From: the human T2T-CHM13v2.0 reference genome, Homo sapiens
NCBI RefSeq assembly: GCF_009914755.1
Contig: NC_060934.1
Reading direction: 5' to 3' (one strand)
Length of the DNA: 64,000 bases
The translations under genes were made by a program, and so were the position numbers. The notes beneath the pieces are model-generated. The model saw only the letters and a program-made list of their open reading frames with translations. It searched no databases and was not told the DNA's origin. Positions 37,959 through 51,500 of this stretch are shown here, in pieces. The stretch's first letter is position 1; every line of letters begins with the position of its first letter.

Positions 37959-40900
37959 GAATTCTCAGTCACTTCTTTGTGTTTTGTGTATTCAAGTCAC
38001 AGAGTTGAACCTTCCTTTAGACAGAGCAGTTTTGAAAAATACTTTCTGTGGAATTTGCAATTGGAGATTTTAAGAGATTTGAGGCTAATCTTTGAAATGG
38101 AAATATCTTCGTGTAAAAACTACACAGAATCATTCTCAGAAACTGCTTTGTTATCTGTGCGTTCAGTTCACAGAGTTTCACCTTTCTCTTCATAGAGCAG
38201 TTTGGAAAGACTCTGTCTGTAAAGTCTGCAAGTGATTAGTTAGACCCCTTTGAGGCCTTCGTTGGAAGCGGGATTTCTCATTTACTGCTAGACAGAAGAA
38301 TTCTCAGTAAATCCTTTGTGTTGTGTGTATTCAACTTACAGAGTGGAACCTTCCTTTATTCAGAGCAGTTTTGAAAAACACTTTTTGTGGAATTTGCAAG
38401 TGGAGATTTCAAGCGATTTGACGCCTATCTTAGACATGGAAATATCTTCATATTAAAAGTACACAGAGTCATTCGTAGAAACTAGTTTGTGATGTGTGCC
38501 TTCAACTCACAGAGTTTAACCTTTCTTTTCATAGAGCAGTTTGGAAACACTCTATTTGTAAAGTCTGCAAGTGGATATTTGGACCTCTTTGAGGCCATCG
38601 TTGGAAAAGGGATTTCTTCATATAACGCTAGACAGAAGAATTTTCAGTAACTTCTTTGTGTTGTGTGTATTCAACTCACAGAGTTCAACTTTTCTTTAGA
38701 GAGAGCAGAGTTGAAACACTCTTTTTGTGGAATTTGCTAGTGCAGATTTCAAACGCTTCGAAGACAGTGATAGCAAAGGATATATCTTCGTATTAAAACT
38801 AGACAAAATCATTCTCAGAAAACACTTTGTGATGTGTGTGTTCAACTCACAGAGTTTAACCTTTCTTTAATCGAGCAGTTTGGAAATACACTCTTTGTAA
38901 GTCTGCAGGTGGATAATTGGCCCTCTTTGAGCCCTTCGTTGGAAACGGGATTTCCTCATATAATGCTAGACAGAAGAATTCTCAGTAACTTCTTTGTGTT
39001 GTTTGTATTCAACTCACAGATTTGAACCTTCCTTTAGAGAGAGCAGATTTGAAACACTCTGTTTTTGGAATTTGCAAGTGCAGATTTCAAGCGCTTCTAG
39101 GCCTATGGCAGAAAAGGAAATATCTTCGTATAAAAACTACACAGAATCATTCTCAACAACTACTTTGTGATGTGTGCGTTCAACTCCCAGAGTTTAACCT
39201 TTCTTTTCATAGAGCAGTTTGGAAACACTCTGTTTGTAAAGCCTGCAAGTGCTTTTTTGGACTTCATTGAGGCCTTCGTTGGAAACGGGATTTCTTCATA
39301 TAATGCTAGACAGAAGAATTCTCAGTCACTTCTTTGTGTTGTGTGTATTCAAGTCACAGAGTTGAACCTTCTTTTAGACAGAGCAGTTTTGAAAAATTTT
39401 TTCTGTGGAATTTGCAAGTGGAGATTTCAAGCGATTTGAGGCTAATCTTTGAAATGGAAATATCTTCGTGTAAAAACTACACAGAATCATTCTCAGAAAC
39501 TGCTTTGTTATGTGTGCGTTCAGTTCACAGAGTTTCACCTTTCTCTTCATAGAGCAGTTTGGAAAGACTCTGTCTGTAAAGTCCGCAAGTGATTAGTTAG
39601 ACCCCTTTGAGGCCTTCGTTGGAAGCGGGATTTCTCATTTACTGCTAGACAGAAGAATTCTCAGTAAATCTTTTGTGTTGTGTGTATTCAACTCACAGAG
39701 TGGAACCTTCCTTTATTCAGAGCACTTTTGAAAAACACTTTTTGTGGAATTTGCAAGTGGAGATTTCAAGCGATTTGACGCCAATCTTAGACATGGAAAT
39801 ATCTTCATATTAAAAGTACACAGAGTCATTCGTAAAAACTAGTTTGTGATGTGTGCCTTCAACTCACAGAGTTTAACCTTTCTTTTCATAGAGCAGTTTG
39901 GAAACACTCTATTTGTAAAGTCTGCAAGTGGATATTTGGACCTCTTTGAGGCCTTCGTTGGAAACGGGATTTCTTCATACAACGCTAGACAGAAGAATTC
40001 TCAGTAACTTCTTTGTGTTGTTTGTATTCAACTCACAGAGTTGAACCTTTCTTTCGAGAGAGCAGAGTTGAAACACTCTGTTTTTGGAATTTGCAAGTGC
40101 AGATTTCAAGCGATTCTAGGCCTATGGCAGAAAAGGAAATATCTTCGTATAAAAACTACACAGAATCATTCTCAGCAACTACTTTGTGATGTGTGCGTTC
40201 AACTCATAGAGTTTAACCTTTCTTTTCACAGAGCAGTTTGGAAACACTCTGTTTGTAAAGCCTGCAAGTGCTTTTTTGGACTTCATTGAGGCCTTCGTTG
40301 GAAACGGGATTTCTTCATATAATGCTAGACAGAAGAATTCTCAGTCACTTCTTTGTGTTGTGTGTATTCAAGTCACAGAGTTGAACCTTCCTTTAGACAG
40401 AGCAGTTTTGAAAAATTCTTTCTGTGGAGTTTGCAAGTGGAGATTTCAAGCGATTTGAGGCTAATCTTTGAAATGGAAATATCTTCGTGTAAAAACTACA
40501 CAGAATCATTCTCAGAAACTGCTTTGTCATCTGTGCGTTCAGTTCACAGAGTTTCACCTTTCTCTTCATAGAGCAGTTTGGAAAGACTCTGTCTGTAATG
40601 TCTGCAAGTGATTAGTTAGACCCCTTTGAGGCCTTCGTTGGAAGCGGGATTTCTCATTTACTGCTAGACAGAAGAATTCTCAGTAAATCCTTTGTGTTGT
40701 GTGTATTCAACTCACAGAGTGGAACCTTCCTTTATTCAGAGCAGTTTTGAAAAACACTTTTTGTGGAATTTGCAAGAGGAGATTTCAAGCGATTTGACGC
40801 CAATCTTAGACATGGAAAAATCTTCATATTAAAAGTACACAGAGTCATTCGTAGAAACTAGTTTGTGATGTGTGCCTTCAACTCACAGAGTTTAACTTTT

Positions 40901-43900
40901 CTTTTCATAGAGCAGTTTGGAAACACTCTGTTTGTAAAGTCTGCAAGTGGATATTTGGACCTCTTTGAAGCCTTCGTTGGAAACGGGATTTCTTCATACA
41001 ACGCTAGACAGAAGAATTCTCAGTAACTTCTTTGTGTTGTGTGTATTCAACTCACAGAGTTGAACCTTTCTTTAGAGAGAGCAGAGTTGAAACACTCTGT
41101 TTTTGGAATTTGCAAGTGCAGATTTCAAGCGATTCTAGGCCTATGGCAGGAAAGGAAATATCTTCGTATAAAAACTACACAGAATCATTCTCAACAACTA
41201 CTTTGTGATGTGTGCGTTCAACTCACAAAGTTTAACCTTTCTTTTCATAGAGCAGTTTGGAAACACGCTGTTTGCAAAGCCTGCAAGTGCTTTTTTGGAC
41301 TTCATTGAGGCCTTCGTTGGAAACGGGATTTCTTCATATAATGCTAGACAGAAGAATTCTCAGTAAATCATTTGTGTTGCGTTGATTCAACTCACAGAGT
41401 GGAACCTTCCTTTATTCAGAACAGTTTTGAAACACTCTTTTTGTGGAATTTGCAAGTGGAGATTTCAAGCGATTTGACGCCAATCTTAGACATGGAAATA
41501 TCTTCATATTAAAAGTACACAGAATCATTCGTAGAAACTAGTTTGTGATGTGTGCCTTCAACTCACAGAGTTTAACCTTTCTTTTCATAGAGCAGTTTGG
41601 AAACACTCTATTTGTAAAGTCTGCAAGTGGATATTTGGACCTCTTTGAGGCCATCGTTGGAAAAGGGATTTCTTCATATAACGCTAGACAGAAGAATTTT
41701 CAGTAACTTCTTTGTGTTGTGTGTATTCAACTCACAGAGTTCAACTTTTCTTTAGAGAGAGCAGAGTTGAAACACTCTTTTTGTGGAATTTGCTAGTGCA
41801 GATTTCAAACGCTTCGAAGACAGTGATAGCAAAGGATATATCTTCGTATTAAAACTAGACAAAATCATTCTCAGAAAACACTTTGTGATGTGTGTGTTCA
41901 ACTCACAGAGTTTAACCTTTCTTTAATCGAGCAGTTTGGAAATACACTCTTTGTAAGTCTGCAGGTGGATAATTGGCCCTCTTTGAGCCCTTCGTTGGAA
42001 ACGGGATTTCCTCATATAATGCTAGACAGAAGAATTCTCAGTAACTTCTTTGTGTTGTTTGTATTCAACTCACAGATTTGAACCTTCCTTTAGAGAGAGC
42101 AGATTTGAAACACTCTGTTTTTGGAATTTGCAAGTGCAGATTTCAAGCGCTTCTAGGCCTATGGCAGAAAAGGAAATATCTTCGTATAAAAACTACACAG
42201 AATCATTCTCAACAACTACTTTGTGATGTGTGCGTTCAACTCACAGAGTTTAACCTTTCTTTTCATAGAGCAGTTTGGAAACACTCTGTTTGTAAAGCCT
42301 GCAAGTGCTTTTTTGGACTTCATTGAGGCCTTCGTTGGAAACGGGATTTCTTCATATAATGCTAGACAGAAGAATTCTCAGTCACTTCTTTGTGTTGTGT
42401 GTATTCAAGTCACAGAGTTGAACCTTCTTTTAGACAGAGCAGTTTTGAAAAATTTTTTCTGTGGAATTTGCAAGTGGAGATTTCAAGCGATTTGAGGCTA
42501 ATCTTTGAAATGGAAATATCTTCGTGTAAAAACTACACAGAATCATTCTCAGAAACTGCTTTGTTATGTGTGCGTTCAGTTCACAGAGTTTCACCTTTCT
42601 CTTCATAGAGCAGTTTGGAAAGACTCTGTCTGTAAAGTCCGCAAGTGATTAGTTAGACCCCTTTGAGGCCTTCGTTAGAAGTGGGATTTCTCATTTACTG
42701 CTAGACAGAAGAATTCTCAGTAAATCCTTTGTGTTGTGTGTATTCAACTCACAGAGTGGAACCTTCCTTTATTCAGAGCACTTTTGAAAAACACTTTTTG
42801 TGGAATTTGCAAGTGGAGATTTCAAGCGATTTGACGCCAATCTTAGACATGGAAATATCTTCATATTAAAAGTACACAGAGTCATTCGTAAAAACTAGTT
42901 TGTGATGTGTGCCTTCAACTCACAGAGTTTAACCTTTCTTTTCATAGAGCAGTTTGGAAACACTCTATTTGTAAAGTCTGCAAGTGGATATTTGGACCTC
43001 TTTGAGGCCTTCGTTGGAAACGGGATTTCTTCATACAACGCTAGACAGAAGAATTCTCAATAACTTCTTTTTGTTGTTTGTATTCAACTCACAGAGTTGA
43101 ACCTTTCTTTAGAGAGAGCAGAGTTGAAACACTCTGTTTTTGGAATTTGCAAGTGCAGATTTCAAGCGATTCTAGGCCTATGGCAGAAAAGGAAATATCT
43201 TCGTATAAAAACTACACAGAATCATTCTCAACAACTACTTTGTGATGTGTGCGTTCAACTCATAGAGTTTAACCTTTCTTTTCACAGAGCAGTTTGGAAA
43301 CACTCTGTTTGTAAAGCCTGCAAGTGCTTTTTTGGACTTCATTGAGGCCTTCGTTGGAAACGGGATTTCTTCATATAATGCTAGACAGAAGAATTCTCAG
43401 TCACTTCTTTGTGTTGTGTGTATTCAAGTCACAGAGTTGAACCTTCCTTTAGACAGAGCAGTTTTGAAAAATTCTTTCTGTGGAGTTTGCAAGTGGAGAT
43501 TTCAAGCGATTTGAGGCTAATCTTTGAAATGGAAATATCTTCGTGTAAAAACTACACAGAATCATTCTCAGAAACTGCTTTGTCATCTGTGCGTTCAGTT
43601 CACAGAGTTTCACCTTTCTCTTCATAGAGCAGTTTGGAAAGACTCTGTCTTTAAAGTCTGCAAGTGATTAGTTAGACCCCTTTGAGGCCTTCGTTGGAAG
43701 CGGGATTTCTCATTTACTGCTAGACAGAAGAATTCTCAGTAAATCCTTTGTGTTGCGTGTATTCAACTCACAGAGTGGAACCTTCCTTTATTCAGAGCAG
43801 TTTTGAAAAACACTTTTAGTGGAATTTGCAAGTGGAGATTTCAAGCGATTTGACGCCAATCTTAGACATGGAAATATCTTCATATTAAAAGTACACAGAG

Positions 43901-44344
43901 TCATTCGTAGAAACTAGTTTGTGATGTGTGCCTTCAACTCACAGAGTTTAACCTTTCTTTTCATAGAGCAGTTTGGAAACACTCTATTTGTAAAGTCTGC
44001 AAGTGGATATTTGGACCTCTTTGAGGCCTTCGTTGGAAACGGGATTTCTTCATACAACGCCAGACAGAAGAATTCTCAGTAACTTCTTTGTGTTGTGTGT
44101 ATTCAACTCACAGAGTTGAACCTTTCTTTAGAGAGAGCAGAGTTGAAACACTCTGTTTTTGGAATTTGCAAGTGCAGATATCAAGCGATTCTAGGCCTAT
44201 GGCAGAAAAGGAAATATCTTCGTATAAAAACTGCACAGAATCATTCTCAACAACTACTTTGTGATGTGTGCGTTCAACTCACAAAGTTTAACCTTTCTTT
44301 TCATAGAGCAGTTTGGAAACACTCTGTTTGTAAAGCCTGCAATT

Positions 44345-47300
44345 GCTTTTTTGGACTTCATTGAGGCCTTCGTTGGAAACGGGATTTCTTCATATAATGC
44401 TAGACAGAAGAATTCTCAGTCACTTCTTTGTGTTGTGTGTATTCAAGTCACAGAGTTGAACCTTCCTTTAGACAGAGCAGTTTTGAAAAATTCTTTCTGT
44501 GGAGTTTGCAAGTGGAGATTTCAAGCGATTTGAGGCTAATCTTTGAAATGGAAATATCTTCGTGTAAAAACTACACAGAAGCATTCTCAGAAACTGCTTT
44601 GTCATCTGTGCGTTCAGGTCACAGAGTTTCACCTTTCTCTTCATAGAGCAGTTTGGAAAGACTCTGTCTTTAAAGTCTGCAAGTGATTAGTTAGACCCCT
44701 TTGAGGCCTTCGTTGGAAGCGGGATTTCTCATTTACTGCTAGACAGAAGAATTCTCAGTAAATCCTTTGTGTTGTGTGTATTCAACTCACAGAGTGGAAC
44801 CTTCCTTTATTCAGAGCACTTTTGAAAAACACTTTTAGTGGAATTTGCAAGTGGAGATTTCAAGCGATTTGACGCCAATCTTAGACATGGAAATATCTTC
44901 ATATTAAAAGTACACAGAGTCATTCGTAGAAACTAGTTTGTGATGTGTGCCTTCAACTCACAGAGTTTAACCTTTCTTTTCATAGAGCAGTTTGGAAACA
45001 CTGTATTTGTAAAGTCTGCAAGTGGATATTTGGACCTCTTTGAGGCCTTCGTTGGAAATGGGATTTCTTCATACAACACTAGACAGAAGAATTCTCAGTA
45101 ACTTCTTTGTGTTGTGTGTATTCAACTCACAGAGTTGAACCTTTCTTTAGAGAGAGCAGAGTTGAAACACTCTGTTTTTGGAATTTGCAAGTGCAGATTT
45201 CAAGCGATTCTAGGCCTATGGCAGGAAAGGAAATATCTTCGTATAAAAACTACACAGAATCATTCTCAACAACTACTTTGTGATGTGTGCGTTCAACTCA
45301 CAAAGTTTAACCTTTCTTTTCATAGAGCAGTTTGGAAACACGCTGTTTGTAAAGCCTGCAAGTGCTTTTTTGGACTTCATTGAGGCCTTCGTTGGAAACG
45401 GGATTTCTTCATATAATGCTAGACAGAAGAATTCTCAGTAAATCATTTGTGTTGCGTTTATTCAACTCACAGAGTGGAACCTTCCTTTATTCAGAGCAGT
45501 TTTGAAACACTCTTTTTGTGGAATTTGCAAGTGGAGATTTCAAGCGATTTGACGCCAATCTTAGACATGGAAATATCTTCATATTAAAAGTACACAGAAT
45601 CATTCGTAGAAACTAGTTTGTGATGTGTGCCTTCAACTCACAGAGTTTAACCTTTCTTTTCATAGAGCAGTTCGGAAACACTCTATTTGTAAAGTCTGCA
45701 AGTGGATATTTGGACCTCTTTGAGGCCATCGTTGGAAAAGGGATTTCTTCATATAACGCTAGACAGAAGAATTTTCAGTAACTTCTTTGTGTTGTGTGTA
45801 TTCAACTCACAGAGTTCAACTTTTCTTTAGAGAGAGCAGAGTTGAAACACTCTTTTTGTGGAATTTGCTAGTGCAGATTTCAAACGCTTCGAAGACAGTG
45901 ATAGCAAAGGATATATCTTCGTATTAAAACTAGACAAAATCATTCTCAGAAAACACTTTGTGATGTGTGTGTTCAACTCACAGAGTTTAACCTTTCTTTA
46001 ATTGAGCAGTTTGGAAATACACTCTTTGTAAGTCTGCAGGTGGATAATTGGCCCTCTTTGAGCCCTTCGTTGGAAACGGGATTTCCTCATATAATGCTAG
46101 ACAGAAGAATTCTCAGTAACTTCTTTGTGTTGTTTGTATTCAACTCACAGATTTGAACCTTCATTTAGAGAGAGCAGATTTGAAACACTCTGTTTTTGGA
46201 ATTTGCAAGTGCAGATTTCAAGCGCTTCTAGGCCTATGGCAGAAAAGGAAATATCTTCGTATAAAAACTACACAGAATCATTCTCAACAACTACTTTGTG
46301 ATGTGTGCGTTCAACTCACAGAGTTTAACCTTTCTTTTCATAGAGCAGTTTGGAAACACTCTGTTTGTAAAGCCTGCAAGTGCTTTTTTGGACTTCATTG
46401 AGGCCTTCGTTGGAAACGGGATTTCTTCATATAATGCTAGACAGAAGAATTCTCAGTCACTTCTTTGTGTTGTGTGTATTCAAGTCACAGAGTTGAACCT
46501 TCCTTTAGACAGAGCAGTTTTGAAAAATTCTTTCTGTGGAGTTTGCAAGTGGAGATTTCAAGCGATTTGAGGCTAATCTTTGAAATGGAAATATCTTCGT
46601 GTAAAAACTACACAGAAGCATTCTCAGAAACTGCTTTGTCATCTGTGCGTTCAGGTCACAGAGTTTCACCTTTCTCTTCATAGAGCAGTTTGGAAAGACT
46701 CTGTCTTTAAAGTCTGCAAGTGATTAGTTAGACCCCTTTGAGGCCTTCGTTGGAAGCGGGATTTCTCATTTACTGCTAGACAGAAGAATTCTCAGTAAAT
46801 CCTTTGTGTTGTGTGTATTCAACTCACAGAGTGGAACCTTCCTTTATTCAGAGCACTTTTGAAAAACACTTTTAGTGGAATTTGCAAGTGGAGATTTCAA
46901 GCGATTTGACGCCAATCTTAGACATGGAAATATCTTCATATTAAAAGTACACAGAGTCATTCGTAGAAACTAGTTTGTGATGTGTGCCTTCAACTCACAG
47001 AGTTTAACCTTTCTTTTCATAGAGCAGTTTGGAAACACTGTATTTGTAAAGTCTGCAAGTGGATATTTGGACCTCTTTGAGGCCTTCGTTGGAAATGGGA
47101 TTTCTTCATACAACACTAGACAGAAGAATTCTCAGTAACTTCTTTGTGTTGTGTGTATTCAACTCACAGAGTTGAACCTTTCTTTAGAGAGAGCAGAGTT
47201 GAAACACTCTGTTTTTGGAATTTGCAAGTGCAGATTTCAAGCGATTCTAGGCCTATGGCAGGAAAGGAAATATCTTCGTATAAAAACTACACAGAATCAT

Positions 47301-48535
47301 TCTCAACAACTACTTTGTGATGTGTGCGTTCAACTCACAAAGTTTAACCTTTCTTTTCATAGAGCAGTTTGGAAACACGCTGTTTGTAAAGCCTGCAAGT
47401 GCTTTTTTGGACTTCATTGAGGCCTTCGTTGGAAACGGGATTTCTTCATATAATGCTAGACAGAAGAATTCTCAGTAAATCATTTGTGTTGCGTTTATTC
47501 AACTCACAGAGTGGAACCTTCCTTTATTCAGAGCAGTTTTGAAACACTCTTTTTGTGGAATTTGCAAGTGGAGATTTCAAGCGATTTGACGCCAATCTTA
47601 GACATGGAAATATCTTCATATTAAAAGTACACAGAATCATTCGTAGAAACTAGTTTGTGATGTGTGCCTTCAACTCACAGAGTTTAACCTTTCTTTTCAT
47701 AGAGCAGTTCGGAAACACTCTATTTGTAAAGTCTGCAAGTGGATATTTGGACCTCTTTGAGGCCATCGTTGGAAAAGGGATTTCTTCATATAACGCTAGA
47801 CAGAAGAATTTTCAGTAACTTCTTTGTGTTGTGTGTATTCAACTCACAGAGTTCAACTTTTCTTTAGAGAGAGCAGAGTTGAAACACTCTTTTTGTGGAA
47901 TTTGCTAGTGCAGATTTCAAACGCTTCGAAGACAGTGATAGCAAAGGATATATCTTCGTATTAAAACTAGACAAAATCATTCTCAGAAAACACTTTGTGA
48001 TGTGTGTGTTCAACTCACAGAGTTTAACCTTTCTTTAATTGAGCAGTTTGGAAATACACTCTTTGTAAGTCTGCAGGTGGATAATTGGCCCTCTTTGAGC
48101 CCTTCGTTGGAAACGGGATTTCCTCATATAATGCTAGACAGAAGAATTCTCAGTAACTTCTTTGTGTTGTTTGTATTCAACTCACAGATTTGAACCTTCA
48201 TTTAGAGAGAGCAGATTTGAAACACTCTGTTTTTGGAATTTGCAAGTGCAGATTTCAAGCGCTTCTAGGCCTATGGCAGAAAAGGAAATATCTTCGTATA
48301 AAAACTACACAGAATCATTCTCAACAACTACTTTGTGATGTGTGCGTTCAACTCACAGAGTTTAACCTTTCTTTTCATAGAGCAGTTTGGAAACACTCTG
48401 TTTGTAAAGCCTGCAAGTGCTTTTTTGGACTTCATTGAGGCCTTCGTTGGAAACGGGATTTCTTCATATAATGCTAGACAGAAGAATTCTCAGTCACTTC
48501 TTTGTGTTGTGTGTATTCAAGTCACAGAGTTGAAC
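44345..48535 (+). repeat. Recent near-perfect tandem duplication, period 2037 bp
   Basis: Private variants CGTTCAGGTCAC, AACACTGTATTT, TTTAATTGAGC and CCTTCATTTAGAG each occur twice, 2037 bp apart. Confidence 0.9.
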
Positions 48536-51500
48536 CTTCTTTTAGACAGAGCAGTTTTGAAAAATTCTTTCTGTGGAATTTGCAATTGGAGATTTTAAGC
48601 GATTTGAGGCTAATCTTTGAAATGGAAATATCTTCGTGTAAAAACTACACAGAATCATTCTCAGAAACTGCTTTGTCATCTGTGCGTTCAGTTCACAGAG
48701 TTTCACCTTTCTCTTCATAGAGCAGTTTGGAAAGACTCTGTCTGTAATGTCTGCAAGTGATTAGTTAGACCCCTTTGAGGCCTTCGTTGGAAGCGGGATT
48801 TCTCATTTACTGCTAGACAGAAGAATTCTCAGTAAATCCTTTGTGTTGTGTGTATTCAACTCACAGAGTGGAACCTTCCTTTATTCAGAGCAGTTTTGAA
48901 AAACACTTTTTGTGGAATTTGCAAGTGGAGATTTCAAGCGATTTGACGCCAATCTTAGACATGGAAAAATCTTCATATTAAAAGTACACAGAGTCATTCG
49001 TAGAAACTAGTTTGTGATGTGTGCCTTCAACTCACAGAGTTTAACTTTTCTTTTCATAGAGCAGTTTGGAAACACTCTGTTTGTAAAGTCTGCAAGTGGA
49101 TATTTGGACCTCTTTGAGGCCTTCGTTGGAAACGGGATTTCTTCATACAACGCTAGACAGAAGAATTCTCAGTAACTTCTTTGTGTTGTGTGTATTCAAC
49201 TCACAGAGTTGAACCTTTCTTTAGAAAGAGCAGAGTTGAAACACTCTGTTTTTGGAATTTGCAAGTGCAGATTTCAAGCGATTCTAGGCCTATGGCAGAA
49301 AAGGAAATATCTTCGTATAAAAACTACACAGAATCATTCTCAACAACTACTTTGTGATGTGTGCGTTCAACTCACAAAGTTTAACCTTACTTTTCATAGA
49401 GAAGTTTGGAAACACTCTGTTTCTAAAGCCTGCAAGTGCTTTTTTGGACTTCATTGAGGCCTTCTTTGGAAACGGGATTTCTTCATATAATGCTAGACAG
49501 AAGAATTCTCAGTAAATCCTTTGTGTTGTGTTTATTCAACTCACAGAGTGGAACCTTCCTTTATTCAGAGCAGTTTTGAAACACTCTTTTTGTGGAATTT
49601 GCAAGTGGAGATTTCAAGCGATTTGACGCCAATCTTAGACATGGAAATATCTTCATATTAAAAGTACACAGAATCATTCGTAGAAACTAGTTTGTGATGT
49701 GTGCCTTCAACTCACAGAGTTTAACCTTTCTTTTCATAGAGCAGTTCGGAAACATTCTATTTGTAATGTCTGCAAGTGGATATTTGGACCTCTTTGAGGC
49801 CTTCGTTGGAAACGGGATTTCTTCATATAACGCTAGACAGAAGAATTCTCAGTAACTTCTTTGTGTTGTGTGTATTCAACTCACAGAGTTGAACCTTTCT
49901 TTAGAGAGAGCAGAGTTGAAACACTCTTTTTGTGGAATTTGCTAGTGCAGATTTCAAACGCTTCGAAGACAGTGATAGAAAAGGATATATCTTCGTATTA
50001 AAACTAGACAAAATCATTCTCAGAAAACACTTTGTGATGTGTGTGTTCAACTCACAGAGTTTAACCTTTCTTTAATCGAGCAGTTTGGAAATACACTCTT
50101 TGTAAGTCTGCAGGTGTATATTTGGCCCTCTTTGAGCCCTTCTTTGGAAACGGGATTTCCTCTTATAATGCTAGACAGAAGAATTCTCAGTAACTTCTCT
50201 GTGTTGTTTGTATTCAACACACAGATTTGAACCTTCCTTTAGAGAGAGCAGATTTGAAACACTCTGTTTTTGGAATTTGCAAGTGCAGATTTCAAGCACT
50301 TCTAGGCCTATGGCAGAAAAGGAAATATCTTCGTATAAAAACTACACAGAATCATTCTCAACAACTACTTTGTGAAGTGTGCGTTCAACTCACAGAGTTT
50401 AACCTTTCTTTTCATAGAGCAGTTTGGAAACACTCTGTTTGTAAAGCCTGCAAGTGCTTTTTTGGACTTCATTGAGGCCTTCGTTGGAAACGGGATTTCT
50501 TCATACAACGCTAGACAGAAGAATTCTCAGTAACTTCTTTGTGTTGTGTGTATTCAACTCACAGAGTTGAACCTTTCTTTAGAGAGAGCAGAGTTGAAAC
50601 ACTCTGTTTTTGGAATTTGCAAGTGCAGATTTCAAGCGATTCTAGGCCTATGGCAGAAAAGGAAATATCTTCGTATAAAAACTACACAGAATCATTCTCA
50701 ACAACTACTTTGTGATGTGTGCGTTCAACTCACAGAGTTTAACATTTCTTTTCATAGAGCAGTTTGGAAACACTCTGTTTGTAAAGCCTGCAAGTGCTTT
50801 TTTGGACTTCATTGAGGCCTTCGTTGGAAACGGGATTTCTTCATATAATGGTAGACAGAAGAATTCTCAGTCACTTCTTTGTATTGTGTGTATTCAAGTC
50901 ACAGAGTTGAACCTTCCTTTAGACAGAGCAGTTTTGAAAAATTCTTTCTGTGGAGTTTGCAAGTGGAGATTTCAAGCGATTTGAGGCTAATCTTTGAAAT
51001 GGAAATATCTTCGTGTAAAAACTACACAGAATCATTCTCAGAAACTGCTTTGTCATCTGTGCGTTCAGTTCACAGCGTTTCACCTTTCTCTTCATAGAGC
51101 AGTTTGGAAAGACTCTGTCTGTAAAGTCTGCAAGTGATTAGTTAGACCCCTTTGAGGCCTTCGTTGGAAGCGGGATTTCTCATTTACTGCTAGACAGAAG
51201 AATTCTCAGTAAATCCTTTGTGTTGTGTGTATTCAACTCACAGAGTGGAACCTTCCTTTATTCAGAGCAGTTTTCAAACACTCTTTTTGTGGAATTTGCA
51301 AGTGGAGATTTCAAGCGATTTGACGCCAATCTTAGACATGGAAATATCTTCATATTAAAAGTACACAGAGTCATTCGTAGAAACTAGTTTGTGATGTGTG
51401 CCTTCAACTCACAGAGTTTAACCTTTCTTTTCATAGAGCAGTTGGGAAACACTCTATTTGTAAAGTCTGCAAGTGGATATTTGGACCTCTTTGAGGCCTT

